This document shows, one piece after another, positions 1 to 12,600 of a stretch of DNA of 64,000 nt. The notes beneath the pieces were generated by a model. It searched no databases and had not been told where the DNA came from. It worked only from the letters and a program-made list of their open reading frames with translations. This stretch comes from Auanema rhodensis (taxonomy: Eukaryota; Animalia; Nematoda). The translations under genes and the position numbers were made by a program. The DNA is taken from assembly GCA_964057225.1 (NCBI GenBank), contig OZ059900.1, forward strand, positions 13,764,001 through 13,828,000. Reading direction: 5' to 3'. Within the stretch, counting starts at the first letter, position 1. Each line of letters starts with the position of its first letter.

Positions 1-834
1 AAACAAAACTAATGCAGTTTTCGAGGACTTCCTTCCACAAATTGTTTGCTCAGGACCATTATCTGTTCAACTTCAAGCGCAGGTTTTGTTCTAAGATTAA
101 ATTGTTTCAAATTTGTTGTTGTAGGCAAAACCAATTGACAATACTATTGCTGCTGGATCTCAAGTTCAGCAACTTATAAACTTTATTTGTGTGAACGAGT
201 TCAGTCAATCCCCATCAGTTACAGTTACGTTCACTTACACGTACGTTTTTTTCCGGAAACTTTTCTGTCTCACTCAACCATTTCAGGGACTCTAATCGAC
301 AAGTTAATCATTTCAATAAGAGTTTATATCTTCCAATATTCGTCAACAAATTCTTCGAGCCTACTGAAATGACCTCTGAGCAGTTCTTTGCTAGGTTTTC
401 CTCATTCACTACATAATTGAAATACATAATAACAATTTCAGATGGAAGACATTATCCCAGCCATCACAAGAAGCTCAAAAGATATTTGCATCCAAGCTTC
501 CTATTGATACTGCCGCCGTACAGCAGAAGGTAGTTACTCATGTACATCTACTTCAATAAAAATATTTTGTTACAGCTTGCTGGACTTGGAGCAAAAGTAC
601 TTGTAGATGTTGATCCTAATCCATCCAATTTCGTTTGCGCTGGTATTGTACATACCAAAGCCCTACAGATTGGCACATTGATTCGACTTGAACCCAATCG
701 ACAAGCACAGGTAATCTGCTTTTCTATTGGAAAAAAAAGATGCTTTAACTTTTCAGATGTTCCGATTAACTATTAGAAGCAGTAAAGACACTGTTGCAAA
801 ACTTCTGATTGATCTCCTTTCCGAGTTGTTCTAA
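1..834 (+). CDS. apa-2: AP-2 complex alpha-adaptin, C-terminal ear/appendage exons (5' part outside window)
   Basis: Spliced translation ...[10 protein letters not shown]...[24 protein letters not shown]...[33 protein letters not shown]|[25 protein letters not shown] matches the alpha-adaptin C-terminus. GT-AG introns of about 45 nt, TAA at 832-834. Confidence 0.95.
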
Positions 835-1704
835 TCAAAACAATATCAGGCACTTCTTTTAACATTTTTTCTACTCTGAACTTGATTCAAAGCATGATGC
901 ATAATTGTGATTATATCTGGCATTCCTTACTTATTTCGGTGTTGATGCTCATTGAAATTACCCTCCAAAACAAGTAAATTCCTTTTTCATCACATTACTC
1001 CTCGTTATACTTATTGCTTAATTAAATAGTATACGCTCAGAGTATGGCACGACCAAAGTTCATATTTGAAATCATGAATTGTAATTAGCGGCTTGTTCTG
1101 ATGTTGAGAAAATATTTTGTTTTCTTTATACTTTTGGCAGCATTCTTCTAGTTCAGTTCTTATCTGGCAAAGTTCAATAATATGCAATTCTTCCAGTTGT
1201 ATGCTATATATTATATGCTTTCCCTATATGTATTTTATTTATTTCTCATTTTTTGGTAGTTTCATGAGGTTTTGTTGTTTTTTTTTCTAGCATTTAGATG
1301 TTTATTTCGCATGCATAGTAGAAAATGTCATATTTATATAGTATTAGCTCAGGTAGTTGATATATGCTAATAATAAAGCTTCTCGGATGTAATACTCATT
1401 TGATATTGCTTGGACTATGTTATTTCATACAATGAACGTAATATCTTTCTTGCTCAGATGATATGTAGCGAATTATCGATCATGGTAATTCACGACATGC
1501 ATATATCCATATACACTGGCTCTACAGCAATAGATCAATACACGCAACGCGAACGTGCGCGAGCAGTTGTAACCACTTATAGTAATCGATCCTAAATGGT
1601 GTAAATAAGAAATATTTAGAGCTCTAGGTCATTGTTGAGCATTATAAACTGAATTATAGTTTTCAGAAACAAATTTATTTATTTGACATTTTAAAAAATT
1701 GTCA

Positions 1705-2231
1705 ATGTCTAAGGAATCACTCGAAAGTAAACAAAAGCTACCAGTCAGGTTACAAGTATAGTTTTCTCCTTTTTATATACTTGGACTTATTTTTTTAAGG
1801 AAGCTATCTGTGATGCATCATCTTTAGTAGTTTTATCTTCAGTTGAATCACCGGCAACTGAAGTAATTTAACATTTAATTTTAATCAACAATGAGCATCC
1901 TTTTCAGCATTTCGGCGCTTGTTTCAAAAAACAAATTGAAAATGAGAAACTTCTAAATAATGTGGGAAAGGTGAATTTGCGTTCTTCTTTGCTCTCATCC
2001 ATGTTCTCTTTATTCAGAATCTTCAAATAATGCAGTACCTTCTAGATGATATGAGCTCACTTGAGTTATCAATTGAAAATTAGTAAGTTGTATTGATGAA
2101 TCAAGTTAAAGTACTCAACAGTGTTTTATAGTGTACCGGCTTTGTTAGATGTCCAAGAAGGCTTAGAATTGATTGAACGACACGAATATTACCAGGAATC
2201 TTGGTTGCATGATATGCTACGCACAGAATAA
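1705..2231 (+). CDS. Small (~113 aa) five-exon protein of unknown function
   Basis: Phase-consistent GT-AG splicing gives MSKESLESKQKLPVRLQ|EAICDASSLVVLSSVESPATE|HFGACFKKQIENEKLLNNVGK|NLQIMQYLLDDMSSLELSIENY|VPALLDVQEGLELIERHEYYQESWLHDMLRTE*. TTTTCAG at ~1660 upstream and AATAAA at 2421. Confidence 0.7.
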
Positions 2232-2493
2232 AGCATTAAGAGAAAAACTCAATACTAAAAATCGAATTTACTCGTTTATGTAAATTTTGTAAAACTAAAT
2301 GTATACTAACAAAACTTCTAAAATGTTGAAAAACCATTTGTCTGTTACATATCAGTTTGTTTTGTAATTCATTGTTTTAGAACAATGTATAACCATTGTA
2401 ATGTTAACCTTATGAACTAGAATAAATTCAAGTTTATTATTATTATTCAGATTCATCACATTTCAACATCTATTTTTCCTCAATTAACAAGAA

Positions 2494-4584
2494 TTAAAAG
2501 AAAGTCTGGGCATAAATAGCATGCTGAACTCCTTGATCACGTTCATTCTCCGTATTAATATTATCCTGGCTATCCACTAAACGAATCTCACTTGTGATTC
2601 TGAATTATTATATATATATTCATTTATTCCATGTTTCTTATAATTTGAGACCTAGTCGTGTGTGTTGTTCTAACATCTCTCTCAATAATATCGTCGTCAG
2701 TTCCATCTGAGCTGTTACTGTCATCTCTGAATAATGAAATGAAAAATACGTACAATTTAATATACAACTCACGTTCTTACTACTGTATCAATTCCTGAAA
2801 CTGCTTTTACTTTACCGTAATCTCTTGTGATAAATATAGGTCTTTCTTGATAATAGTGTAATGTATCCTTGGAATAGCGGTCATTATAATTGTCACTTCG
2901 ATTCATTGCTTGACTGCTATTAGTTGAGAAAATTGGGCTTAAGTTGAAAAGATTTTATTCTGATCTTACAAACGTTTCTTACGTTTCAAAAGGTCTTTGA
3001 TTATTAGCACTGTAAACCAATTCATTACTACTGAAAAGTAAATTAGAAAATAAATAATATAAACAATTAAAACCTTTCCACAACTTGCTGTCGCGTTTCC
3101 GGAATGATCGCTGTTCTGGAAATAGTTTTAAAATAATTTGTTCTATTTAATATTCAACTGACGTTTGAGTTCCTAAAGATCTTTTAATCTCATCGGTTTG
3201 ATTGATCTTACAAACGTCTCTAGTCGCGTCTTCTGGCATTTTCTTGAGAACTGTTTGACTTGAATGAAACTAAATATATGATATACTTTTGTATCAGATT
3301 AATTTTTAAAACTTGTGAAGCTTCAGAATAGTGTGCCATCCCATTTTCTCCTGATTTTGCATCTTTTTGCATTGTACTAAACTGAGATTGTCTTGTAAAG
3401 TGAACAAAAAAAATTTACCTTCCATTGCCAAACGCTTGAAAATGCTTGTAATTAGAATTTTCTAGACGATCGGCAAATCTACAAAAGACGTAACATGAGA
3501 TTATTTTTCTAATTTCGTTTTTTACATTTTGTTATTATTTGACATTCGTCGCCGGAGGCAGCAGAACAAAAAACATAAAAGCAATAGTAATAATAACAGT
3601 ATGAGAGCGGGTATAAGAATCCAAGGCAACCAGGAAAGAGAAATACCCTTCGAATGCGCACTAACAGGTTCAACAGCTAAATCTAGAAAGTTATAAACAT
3701 TGTTTTTGAAAATTCAAAAACCATTTTGTGAAGGTACTGATGCTATCCCGAAGTTCGAGTTTAAGGTTAATGCTGTAGGAATGCTGCATACATGAGGCGA
3801 TCCTCTCTGATGAATGCAATCAATGGGCAAAAGTATTGTGTGAAAGCCAGTAAGCATAGAATGGCGTTCACAAGAACGCTAAAAACAAATGTTTGTCAAT
3901 TAAAATTTCTTATTTCTTCAAAATCTTCACCTCTGCACAACCACTGCAATTTGCGATAGTGAATTGACATGAAAAGTTGATATGAGTATCAGGAGCATAA
4001 AAATGAACCAAAGTCTGTTTTGAAGCTCCAAGTTGGTTATAGTGATCGGTTTCAATACTATGCAAAACATAGTTGTTGCAATTCAAGCATCTATAACATC
4101 TCAAAGTATTATGTTCAAAAAGATATTCTTCTTTCATGATTCAAAAGATTATTTCTTTAATAAAAGTAAATGTTTCATACAGAAAGTGCCATGATTTTAT
4201 GATTTTTTCTTTTCTTTTGCATTTCTCTTTGGTAACTTTTAATTTTTAAAAATATTCAGTTATAACAAACCCAAATGAACCGATAAACTCGTATTCATTC
4301 ATGAAACACTTCTTAACCATATAGTCTTGAACCATTGTATTATTAAATGAAATTTCAAACGTATATGGAAATCCTTTTCTAAATTCATCTTTATGCATAA
4401 CATTATTTTTATTAAAATCGATGAAACCTGAAAGCATAAATTTTTTCAAAAAAACTTTGTTTACAAGAAAAATATTTTTGTAGCCTGAATTCAAAAAAAA
4501 CTAACCTTCGTGTATTCGAATTTGCAAAGCATTAGACATGCTTAATACAATAAACAAATTATAAATATAGTTAAAGAACTGCAT
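2494..4584 (-). CDS. Type I membrane protein with ZP-C/cuticlin-like Cys-rich ectodomain
   Basis: Signal-like MQFFNYIYNLFIVLSMSNA. Ectodomain YMVKKCF...SFGCLNC...INFSCQFTIANCSGCAE|RSC resembles ZP-C Cys spacing. TM segment WLPWILIPALILLLLLLLCFC, then a charged multi-exon tail ending ...HAIYAQTFF*. Confidence 0.7.
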
Positions 4585-5369
4585 GCTTTGATTCTAAATA
4601 AATACAATAATATTATAGTTTTGTGCTTGCTAAGCATACCAAGTATTGAGAAATTTGATTCTAGCTCAAGAAGAAACAGAAATCCTAATGCAAATGAAGT
4701 GAAGTGAGTTAGATCTATTCAATCACGGACTTTCTCAGACGTATAGATATCGTATAGTGATCATGTAATTCTTGCTCTTACATACACTATAGCCTGAGGG
4801 TTGGTATTTGTGATAGTGACTCATAAAACTTTGCATCTTATTTCAAAGAACTTTTCATTCTTTCACTGGTCATGTCATATTTATTCATATACATAAAACT
4901 TGTATATGTTTAAACAACAATGATTAGAAGAGAATTTTAAAAGAATCAGATTCTCACAAGTCAAAAGAAAACTGAAAAAGGGAATATTAGTGAAGAGAAA
5001 AAGAGTATTATCACGATATGAATACAAGTTTTGAATGAAAATGGTTTCCAAACATATAGAGTATTCAATTCAATGGTCAAATTCTTAAGATCTTTACCAA
5101 AACTGTCGCTTTACTGAACAACATATAGAAAATTGGAAATGAACTGCTATCAAAGAGTTTTCATACTTTTAATTTATAAAATGATATATTTTCATATATT
5201 ATATTCTTAGTATTTTTGTGAATTTTAACTTTTGTTTTGTCAAAAAAATAAAAAATATTTATTCCCATAACTAATTAACAATGACACTATCAAGAAGTCG
5301 CTGTCCGATGCATCCATTTATCTTATAATTATACAAAAAAATCAGATAAACATGTCACTCCGCTTAGTT

Positions 5370-6340
5370 TTACATAAATGAGTAGAAATAGCGATGAACT
5401 CCGTATGCGGCTAAAAAAAGTTTTAATTAAGGTTTATTTATGTTTTGAATTCAACCTGCTGGCATTACAGTAGCGTTGTCGTAAGTATGTTTACGTCTGA
5501 TTTTTTCAGTAGGTGTTACCCAATTCTTTTCCAATACACCAAAATCTATGATTCCCCGACGATATAAATCTATCGCAATCTTAGCATTTGGTCTAAAAAA
5601 TAATTTGTTATGAGCATAATTTGAAACATTTCACGCATTTATAAATAAATTATGAAAATCAGAAACTAAGAAACATGTTAATGTGAATACCTGTCGTATT
5701 GCCATGGCTTGATCTCAGGATACTTATTGAGATTGACATATGGGTATGCCAAAAGTGGTCTGGGAACATAGCGGTATGTGGACCAGTGATATGGCACATA
5801 TGATGTATAGCGATCAATTTCGCAATCATCCAACTATAATATATATTTCATTCAATATAACTCTCTTATTTTTTGGAATTTTTCAATTCAAGGGAGAAGG
5901 CCTCAAGATCCTCAAACATCACTTTACAACTTGAAATTTTCTTGAGTGTCGGCTGATACCCCTCAACATATGTTTACTACTCTTGAATTCTCATAAATCT
6001 CATAAAGATCATGACGGTTCAAGAGAGTGAATTCATTTCAATTTTTTATTTTTAAATAAGAAAAAATGCTTTTTTTTCTAATTTAAATAAGAAAATTAAT
6101 TATACCGTTTCAATTCCTTTTCTTAAAAGTCCAGGGGATCTGTAAACATCAACACCAGAACCAACATGTTTCAAGTTCAATGAACCAGTTGAAGTAACTC
6201 TAAATGAATTTACCAGATGATAACAATGCTTAGAACTCAATATTTATTTACCTGCTAAGAGTACCAACTGAGCAGTTACGTTCTACTGATCTTGCACGAG
6301 GACGATAGCACCGATGAGAATATACAGCTACGTCTCCCAT
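5370..6340 (-). CDS. Small nematode-type protein (tentatively myofilin-like family)
   Basis: Exons MGDVAVYSHRCYRPRARSVER..., ...YVPYHWSTYRYVPRPLLAYPY..., PNAKIAIDLYRRGIIDFGVLEKNWVTP..., AYGVHRYFYSFM* with GT-AG boundaries. The exon structure around 5.85-6.05 kb is uncertain and the family call is from memory only. Confidence 0.6.
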
Positions 6341-7079
6341 AACTAAATTGCATAAATTATGAAAATAAAAATACAGAAGCGGAAAAGAGTGATATGAGAA
6401 AGCTAAAGCAAGTCTCGCTCAGTTGATGCGAGAAAGCATTCAAGAAAAAGTTGGCTGGAATTTAGTGTAATAAAATGGGCTGGCAACAGGCGGAAGTTGC
6501 CGAAAAACACTTGCTTTTTCTTTTAATAGTTGTGCTCTGGCAAATAATTTAATGTAGGTTTAATACACAATTTTTAATTCTGAAAACGGTATTCAAGGTA
6601 CTTGTAAACGCCTAATATAAAAGTATTTTCAACTTTAAGTGTAAATACTTCATAATTAAAATAAGAAAAATAGATAAACACCACGCATTTGCCATTGTGA
6701 TCGATTTCTGAGCAATAAAAAAAAGCCCCAGCTGTCGCCAGACTTTTTGTAAAATTTTATAAACCATCAAATTTTTAAGAAGCTCTGATTCAGCAGCATA
6801 AATTTTTGTGTTTTCATAGTTTTCTTTAGAATATGCTTACAATTATTGTAATTAAGTATATAGGAAACAAGATTTTATTCAGTATAATTGATAATTAGAG
6901 AGAAATATATACTATATAGACATTTTTATTAGAAAATTTTATAAACATTGTAGTCTCAACTATGTAAACTACGTTGATATCGATGAAAGAAATATGATGA
7001 TGGAATGGAAAAGTATTTTCAAATCTCAATCAAGGTTTCATGGTTTGTTAAACATGTTAAACAACTAACAACAAATGAT

Positions 7080-8438
7080 TCACACAGTACTTTTAGATCG
7101 AGTTCGTGAAGATGAGCGTTCTTCTGTATAGCTTGTAATCAGCATATGATTTACAGGCTTTTTCTTGCCCATTAACTTCAGAAAGCTAACTCTATATATA
7201 CGTTGTGTCCATATAGTAATGAGTGGATTGATGACTGTTCCAATAACAAGTATACGGAAGAATATATCAGTGATCTGAACAAAAACTTCTGTACGACATG
7301 AAGAGCCTAAAACAAACAAAATCAATTTTCTTTCAACCAAATGCTTTTATTTTCAAAAAAACATGCTGAACTTACAAAGCATATTTGTTAGGTACAAAAC
7401 TCGATAAGGTAAACATGTGAAAAATGTCCATAGAGTACTCGAAAACAAGAAAAATAATCGTTTGTAAACACCCTAAAATAATGTTTCACAGAACGTTTCA
7501 TATTCTATTCGTCATACTGATCTTTGGCGTTCTTCCATTTTTGATGAAGTATGTGCCACAAAGTAAATGATGGCAGAAATAATAAATGACGTGAGAATCA
7601 TGACAGCATATAAAATGCAAATCGGAAGATATATATGCATTGCCAGCCTTACTTGAGTGCATCCCATCTTAAAACAGGAAGTTACGACTAATCATATTAC
7701 AAAACGTTTTTCATCAAAATGTGAGACTACTTTTATTGCTAAATATATAAAATGTTTCATTTAATGTTCAGAGAGTTTGTGTAACTACTTTCGATTTAAA
7801 CAATAAAACTCACAGATGCATCCATAAATAAACTAACTGATACAGCCAGTATAGTTAGGAATATCCATGTTATAGTTGATAAACCTAATACTTTGTGGCG
7901 ATTTACTAACGAGTAATAATGAAGTGGATACTGAATAAAAATTAATTTATCTAAATTCAGCCTAAATATATGTTTGTATTAGTATGAATATTGAAAATCA
8001 AGCTTACCAAACGAGATTTAAAGTGCTGCATAGTTGAATTGTCCATACGATGATATAATAAGGCTTGCATAACATTGTATGAAAATTATTCAGAAATGGA
8101 CGTGAGAGTACATATACAACACTGAATAACAGATCAGCTATTGTCATATTAAAAACGAGAATCTGCAATGATAGTGGGTAAGAATGATCTGAGAAAAATA
8201 TATTTTTTAACTCGTTTGAGTAGTATAGAGCAATTTTGGTTTTTAACTTACGTACCTGTCTTGGTTTGTCGTCTGAGTTCACATACTTGCATGCTATTAC
8301 AAGAACAAGCGTATTGAAGATAGTGCCGAGGCTACCAGCTGACAAGTAAAAAGCTGATTCATAGACAGTAAAACTGTCATCAGTTTTAGCAGATTGTTGA
8401 GTATGATTGTTTATATATGAACTATCTGTTGTGGTCAT
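7080..8438 (-). CDS. aex-2: Class A neuropeptide GPCR, AEX-2 orthologue
   Basis: DDKPRQ|ILVFNMTIADL...PYYIIVWTIQLCSTLNLVW|LNLDKLIFIQYPLHY...RLFFLFSSTLWTFFTCLPYR...INPLITIWTQRIYR matches C. elegans AEX-2 as recalled. Confidence 0.9.
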
Positions 8439-9614
8439 CTGAATCTCATACTTTTCATAAATAAAATAAGACTATGAAATCGGTGAGATAATGAATATAT
8501 GAAGCAAATAGGAAATAATTACATTTAAAACAGAATAGTTAATCAGTTTTTAAATAATTTTTAATAGCTAAAAGCTATATAATTATGTTTAAAAGATTGG
8601 ATACGATTTAAAAAAAAACAATTGATTTTAACGAAAAATTATAATCAGTTTTAACGGATATTCATGCACAATATACATACTCCGGCAGATTAGAGAATGA
8701 ATAGTCTCGCAATAGTATAAACATATATGGATGCATCGCTTTCTCATATTCTCTAAGAATGTCATTAGAATGCGCTTGCAGTCGGCAACTATTTCTGTCT
8801 GAGTATTCTGTATTTGATATTTGATTTTGATCTTTCACTCTTGCAGGAAGGCAATGTTTCTCGTATTACCTACTTCTAGCTTCAATATTATCGTGAATAG
8901 ATCCCGTAAAAGGCTCTTCGCTTTTCCAAGATGTGAATATATATATATATGAATTGCAGTTAAAGGGTTCTTAAAAATATCTCATTTTCTGTTCAAATAG
9001 TCTTATTTGGGCGAAGGACTGTGGTCATGTTTCATCTGGACAATGAGGTTTACAGCAATAAGTAAGAAAAGAATTGAAAAACTAATTTTTTGAAAAATTC
9101 TTATTAATTCAATCAGTTTCTATGATATTATTTAAGTTTCTGAGAGTTAAAAATGAAAAAAAAATTGAAATGAAAAATAATTGAAAATTATTTAGAACCA
9201 CATAGATAAATTTTGATCCCGAAAGTCTAAGAAGAAAGAATTTACTAGTTATTTGCCAGGCATCAATCTAATAAAATATACATTATTTTAATAGTAAACA
9301 GCAACGTCGTGCGTGAAATAGAAAAAATAACATAGTATTTGTTGAAACTTGGCAACATTTCAAACAATTTGAAATCACAGTTTGAAATGAAGTCTTATAA
9401 GCACAAGTATGAAAGATATTATCCGGCAGCTCTTCACACACGCAAGAATGTGTGCACCAACGAATTTCCCCCGATAATATCTGCCTAATATTATCAAGCT
9501 CTGCATGTTGAGCACTCTTGTGAAGAATTCTCAAATGGAAATGTAGAAGAGGGAAACGAAACACAGAAGTAAAAATGAACATAGTAATTTGCTACTTCAG
9601 CAAATAATTTTAAA

Positions 9615-9617
<3 letters not shown>

Positions 9618-9646
<29 letters not shown>
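9618..9646. repeat. (TA)n microsatellite
   Basis: Uninterrupted TA run. Confidence 0.9.
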
Positions 9647-9653
<7 letters not shown>

Positions 9654-12600
9654 GTATCTGTCTGTGTGTATAGCAATGAGAAAGATGTAAAAAGCTGAAT
9701 CAGATTGCGATTAATGAACATGGTTAATGAACTTAAAACGAAGCCACTAATAGACATTTTTGACATGAAGACCTTCTTTACATCTAAAAATGAAATAGAT
9801 GAGTGTATGAAGCTGATTTACTAAACGGTATAAGATATAACACACATAGTTAGTCTAAGTAATATATTATAACATTGGTTGATGTAACTTTTTTTGTTGT
9901 TTTTCTTGAAAATATGAATATGAGTCGCACGATATAATAAAACAAAAAGCTCTGAGCTGATGAATGTTAAAAAGAAGAATAAAATAGTTGAAAACAGATA
10001 AATGTCGAGATTCATAGAAATAAATAAGAGTTTGTTTTCAGAATGAAGTTAGAGAGACCTAAAACATCTGGCATTGAATGGGTGCCGTAGCCGCGTTAAA
10101 AGCAATGAATCTCATCCTTGCTCTGAAGTGCAGAAACATATTGTATGGCTGCAAACAATTTCGAAAAAGTCTATGATGCTTTTCTCGAAAAATATCTAAA
10201 TTATGAAGAAATAAGTCATTTTGAAAGCAAACTGGCAAGCTATTCAACAAAACGCTAAAAATTACAGAATTGTTTATATTTTTACAGTAACAAGGTGTTT
10301 TAGTGGAAATAGTCTTGTTTTACTTTTTAAAGTTTTCGTTTTAAAAATAAGATACAATTATCTCTCAAATGCCTTATATCCTACTAGCTGTCAGCTTTAC
10401 TTGTGTTTTTTTGCCAGCTTTGATTTCAGAAACTAATTTCATGAATGCGTGGGAATACATTAGAAACAAATTTATGCAAAATCACTTATATTCAGAAAAA
10501 TGCATAAAATGTGAATACATATATTTATGAGAATAATTTATTTTTCTGATTAAATTGCTCAACAGTTTATATTTTTCCAAACAACCTTGTTCTTTGCCTC
10601 AACTAACAACACATAGCCAAATTTTGTTCCTTCTTAAGCGTCTAAGTTTTGAAAACTACAAAACAGAAATTATTATTATCTTGTATTTTTTTTCATGTTC
10701 ATGTTTAAACAATGCTGAATTTCAAAAAAAAAACTTATACAAAACTAATTTATGTTATAATAAAAATGGATTAACTGGTTAAAACGTTTTCATCTAATTT
10801 ACAATTATAGAACTGAGATTATCATTCCATTTCTGAACAAAATCTATTAAATTGAATAACGTTTTAAATATTTCTTAAAATTAAAGACTAGTTATTTTTT
10901 AAATGTCACTAAGAACTAATCTATCAGAACACGCAAAGATGTTGTTAAGGCCATTGACCTCATTCCTTTTGGGATTGTTTGAAAATGTGTAATTTTTTCA
11001 CAAAATGAATTAATCAGGATCGATGTAGGATATTCTTCTGAAAAATTTTATTTATAATCGATCCACATAATAATTCATTAACGTTGGAAATAATATTTGC
11101 AAACAATTATCCAACTACTTTTTGTGAAAAACTTGGAATAAAAATGCACCAAGCATGTTTTTCATTATGTCGTTCAAATATTATTCTTCTATTTCAGAAT
11201 GTGGGGTGCTAAGGATTGAAAGTATAACAGAACCACGCTTAACACGTTTGTCCTCGATAAAAGTTGCTATTGATTTGTAAATGAAAACATGTCTTCAAGA
11301 TAGCCGCTGTACAGCAAGAATACATAACATATAACTTAGGATGGTATTATTGTGAATTAAGGGACGAACATAAAAATAAGCTACTTTCACGAAAACCAGA
11401 CCGCTAACGCTAAAATCCAACAATTATCTGCTAATATGAATAAAAGAAATAGTGGTCTTTAAAGAGGATAGTTCAAATGAATTTCGAAGAAAGTTAAATT
11501 ATTCAAATCTTGTCGAAAAATAGTTTTCAGAATTAACATGCACGTGCAGAAATTTTCAATCTGAAATATTCAGTTAATATGAAACTTTCATTCGGAATGC
11601 GTTATTTGAAAAAAAGTTGGTAAAATTTGGGCAGATTTGTTTTTATTTTTCAACTATATCCGAGATCTGCGTGTTATTTTCTTGTTTCTTAAGGAGATGC
11701 AATGTTACAAATAGATAAGAAAACTGAATGATGTTATTGATGAAAATTAATAGAATATTCATATATTCTGGTTTAAGTGAATGATTTGAAAATAAATAGA
11801 AAAGTTAGGATTATTGTTAAATGTTTTTACCAATTCCATGAACAATACATAACCTAAGATATGAGTATTAAGATGTTATTCTTCAGGCTCCCGATTTAAT
11901 GTGAAAAATAATTTGTTTACTTTCTGGATAGTATATTATTAATTTATGCATTAATTCATTTCTGCTTATTCCTTAAACCTGTTGAGAACAGTAGATTTAT
12001 TAAATTATTATTTGAAAGGATCAGTTAAAATGAAGGACAGAAACTTAGTGATGGTTATTTACGACTTGTTTCTTTTTGCGAAAAGCAAAGATTTCATATC
12101 TCTCGGTACGATGACCTTAACCTTTTATACTCAAATATTAAAAACAAAAAGTATTTGCACATCAGCAGCAGAATCCTCAAATATGAATTTTCAATTAACT
12201 TACCTTTTTCGATGTTGTTTGCATCTCTACTATTAAAATGGTTAACTTTAAATTTAAAAACTTTTTAATAGCTATGTGTGAGAAACATTTAGGAAGTGTT
12301 ATGACACAATATTCATAGATGGATATCTTGTTGTGGTATTGACCTTAGAATATGGATGCATATGCAAAGGTTAAGGCCATGTCATAATCATATACGGTGG
12401 TAGAAGAAGAAAGTTTACCTAAAAAGACAAATGTCACATAAAAAATCTATAGGAGATTTGATTTCAGTTGATATTCCTCTGAATTACAAATATAGTTGGC
12501 TGAGGTTATCCTTGATATTTCATACAATACATTTCGCAATGCTTTTAAGCAAAAAAGAATCTCAAAAACAGTTTGTCTTGGTTCATTTTACAGTATACAG

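Noticed and set aside
10068-10160. H/ACA snoRNA-like segment
   Set aside because: Hairpins are too short, with no proper pseudouridylation pockets.
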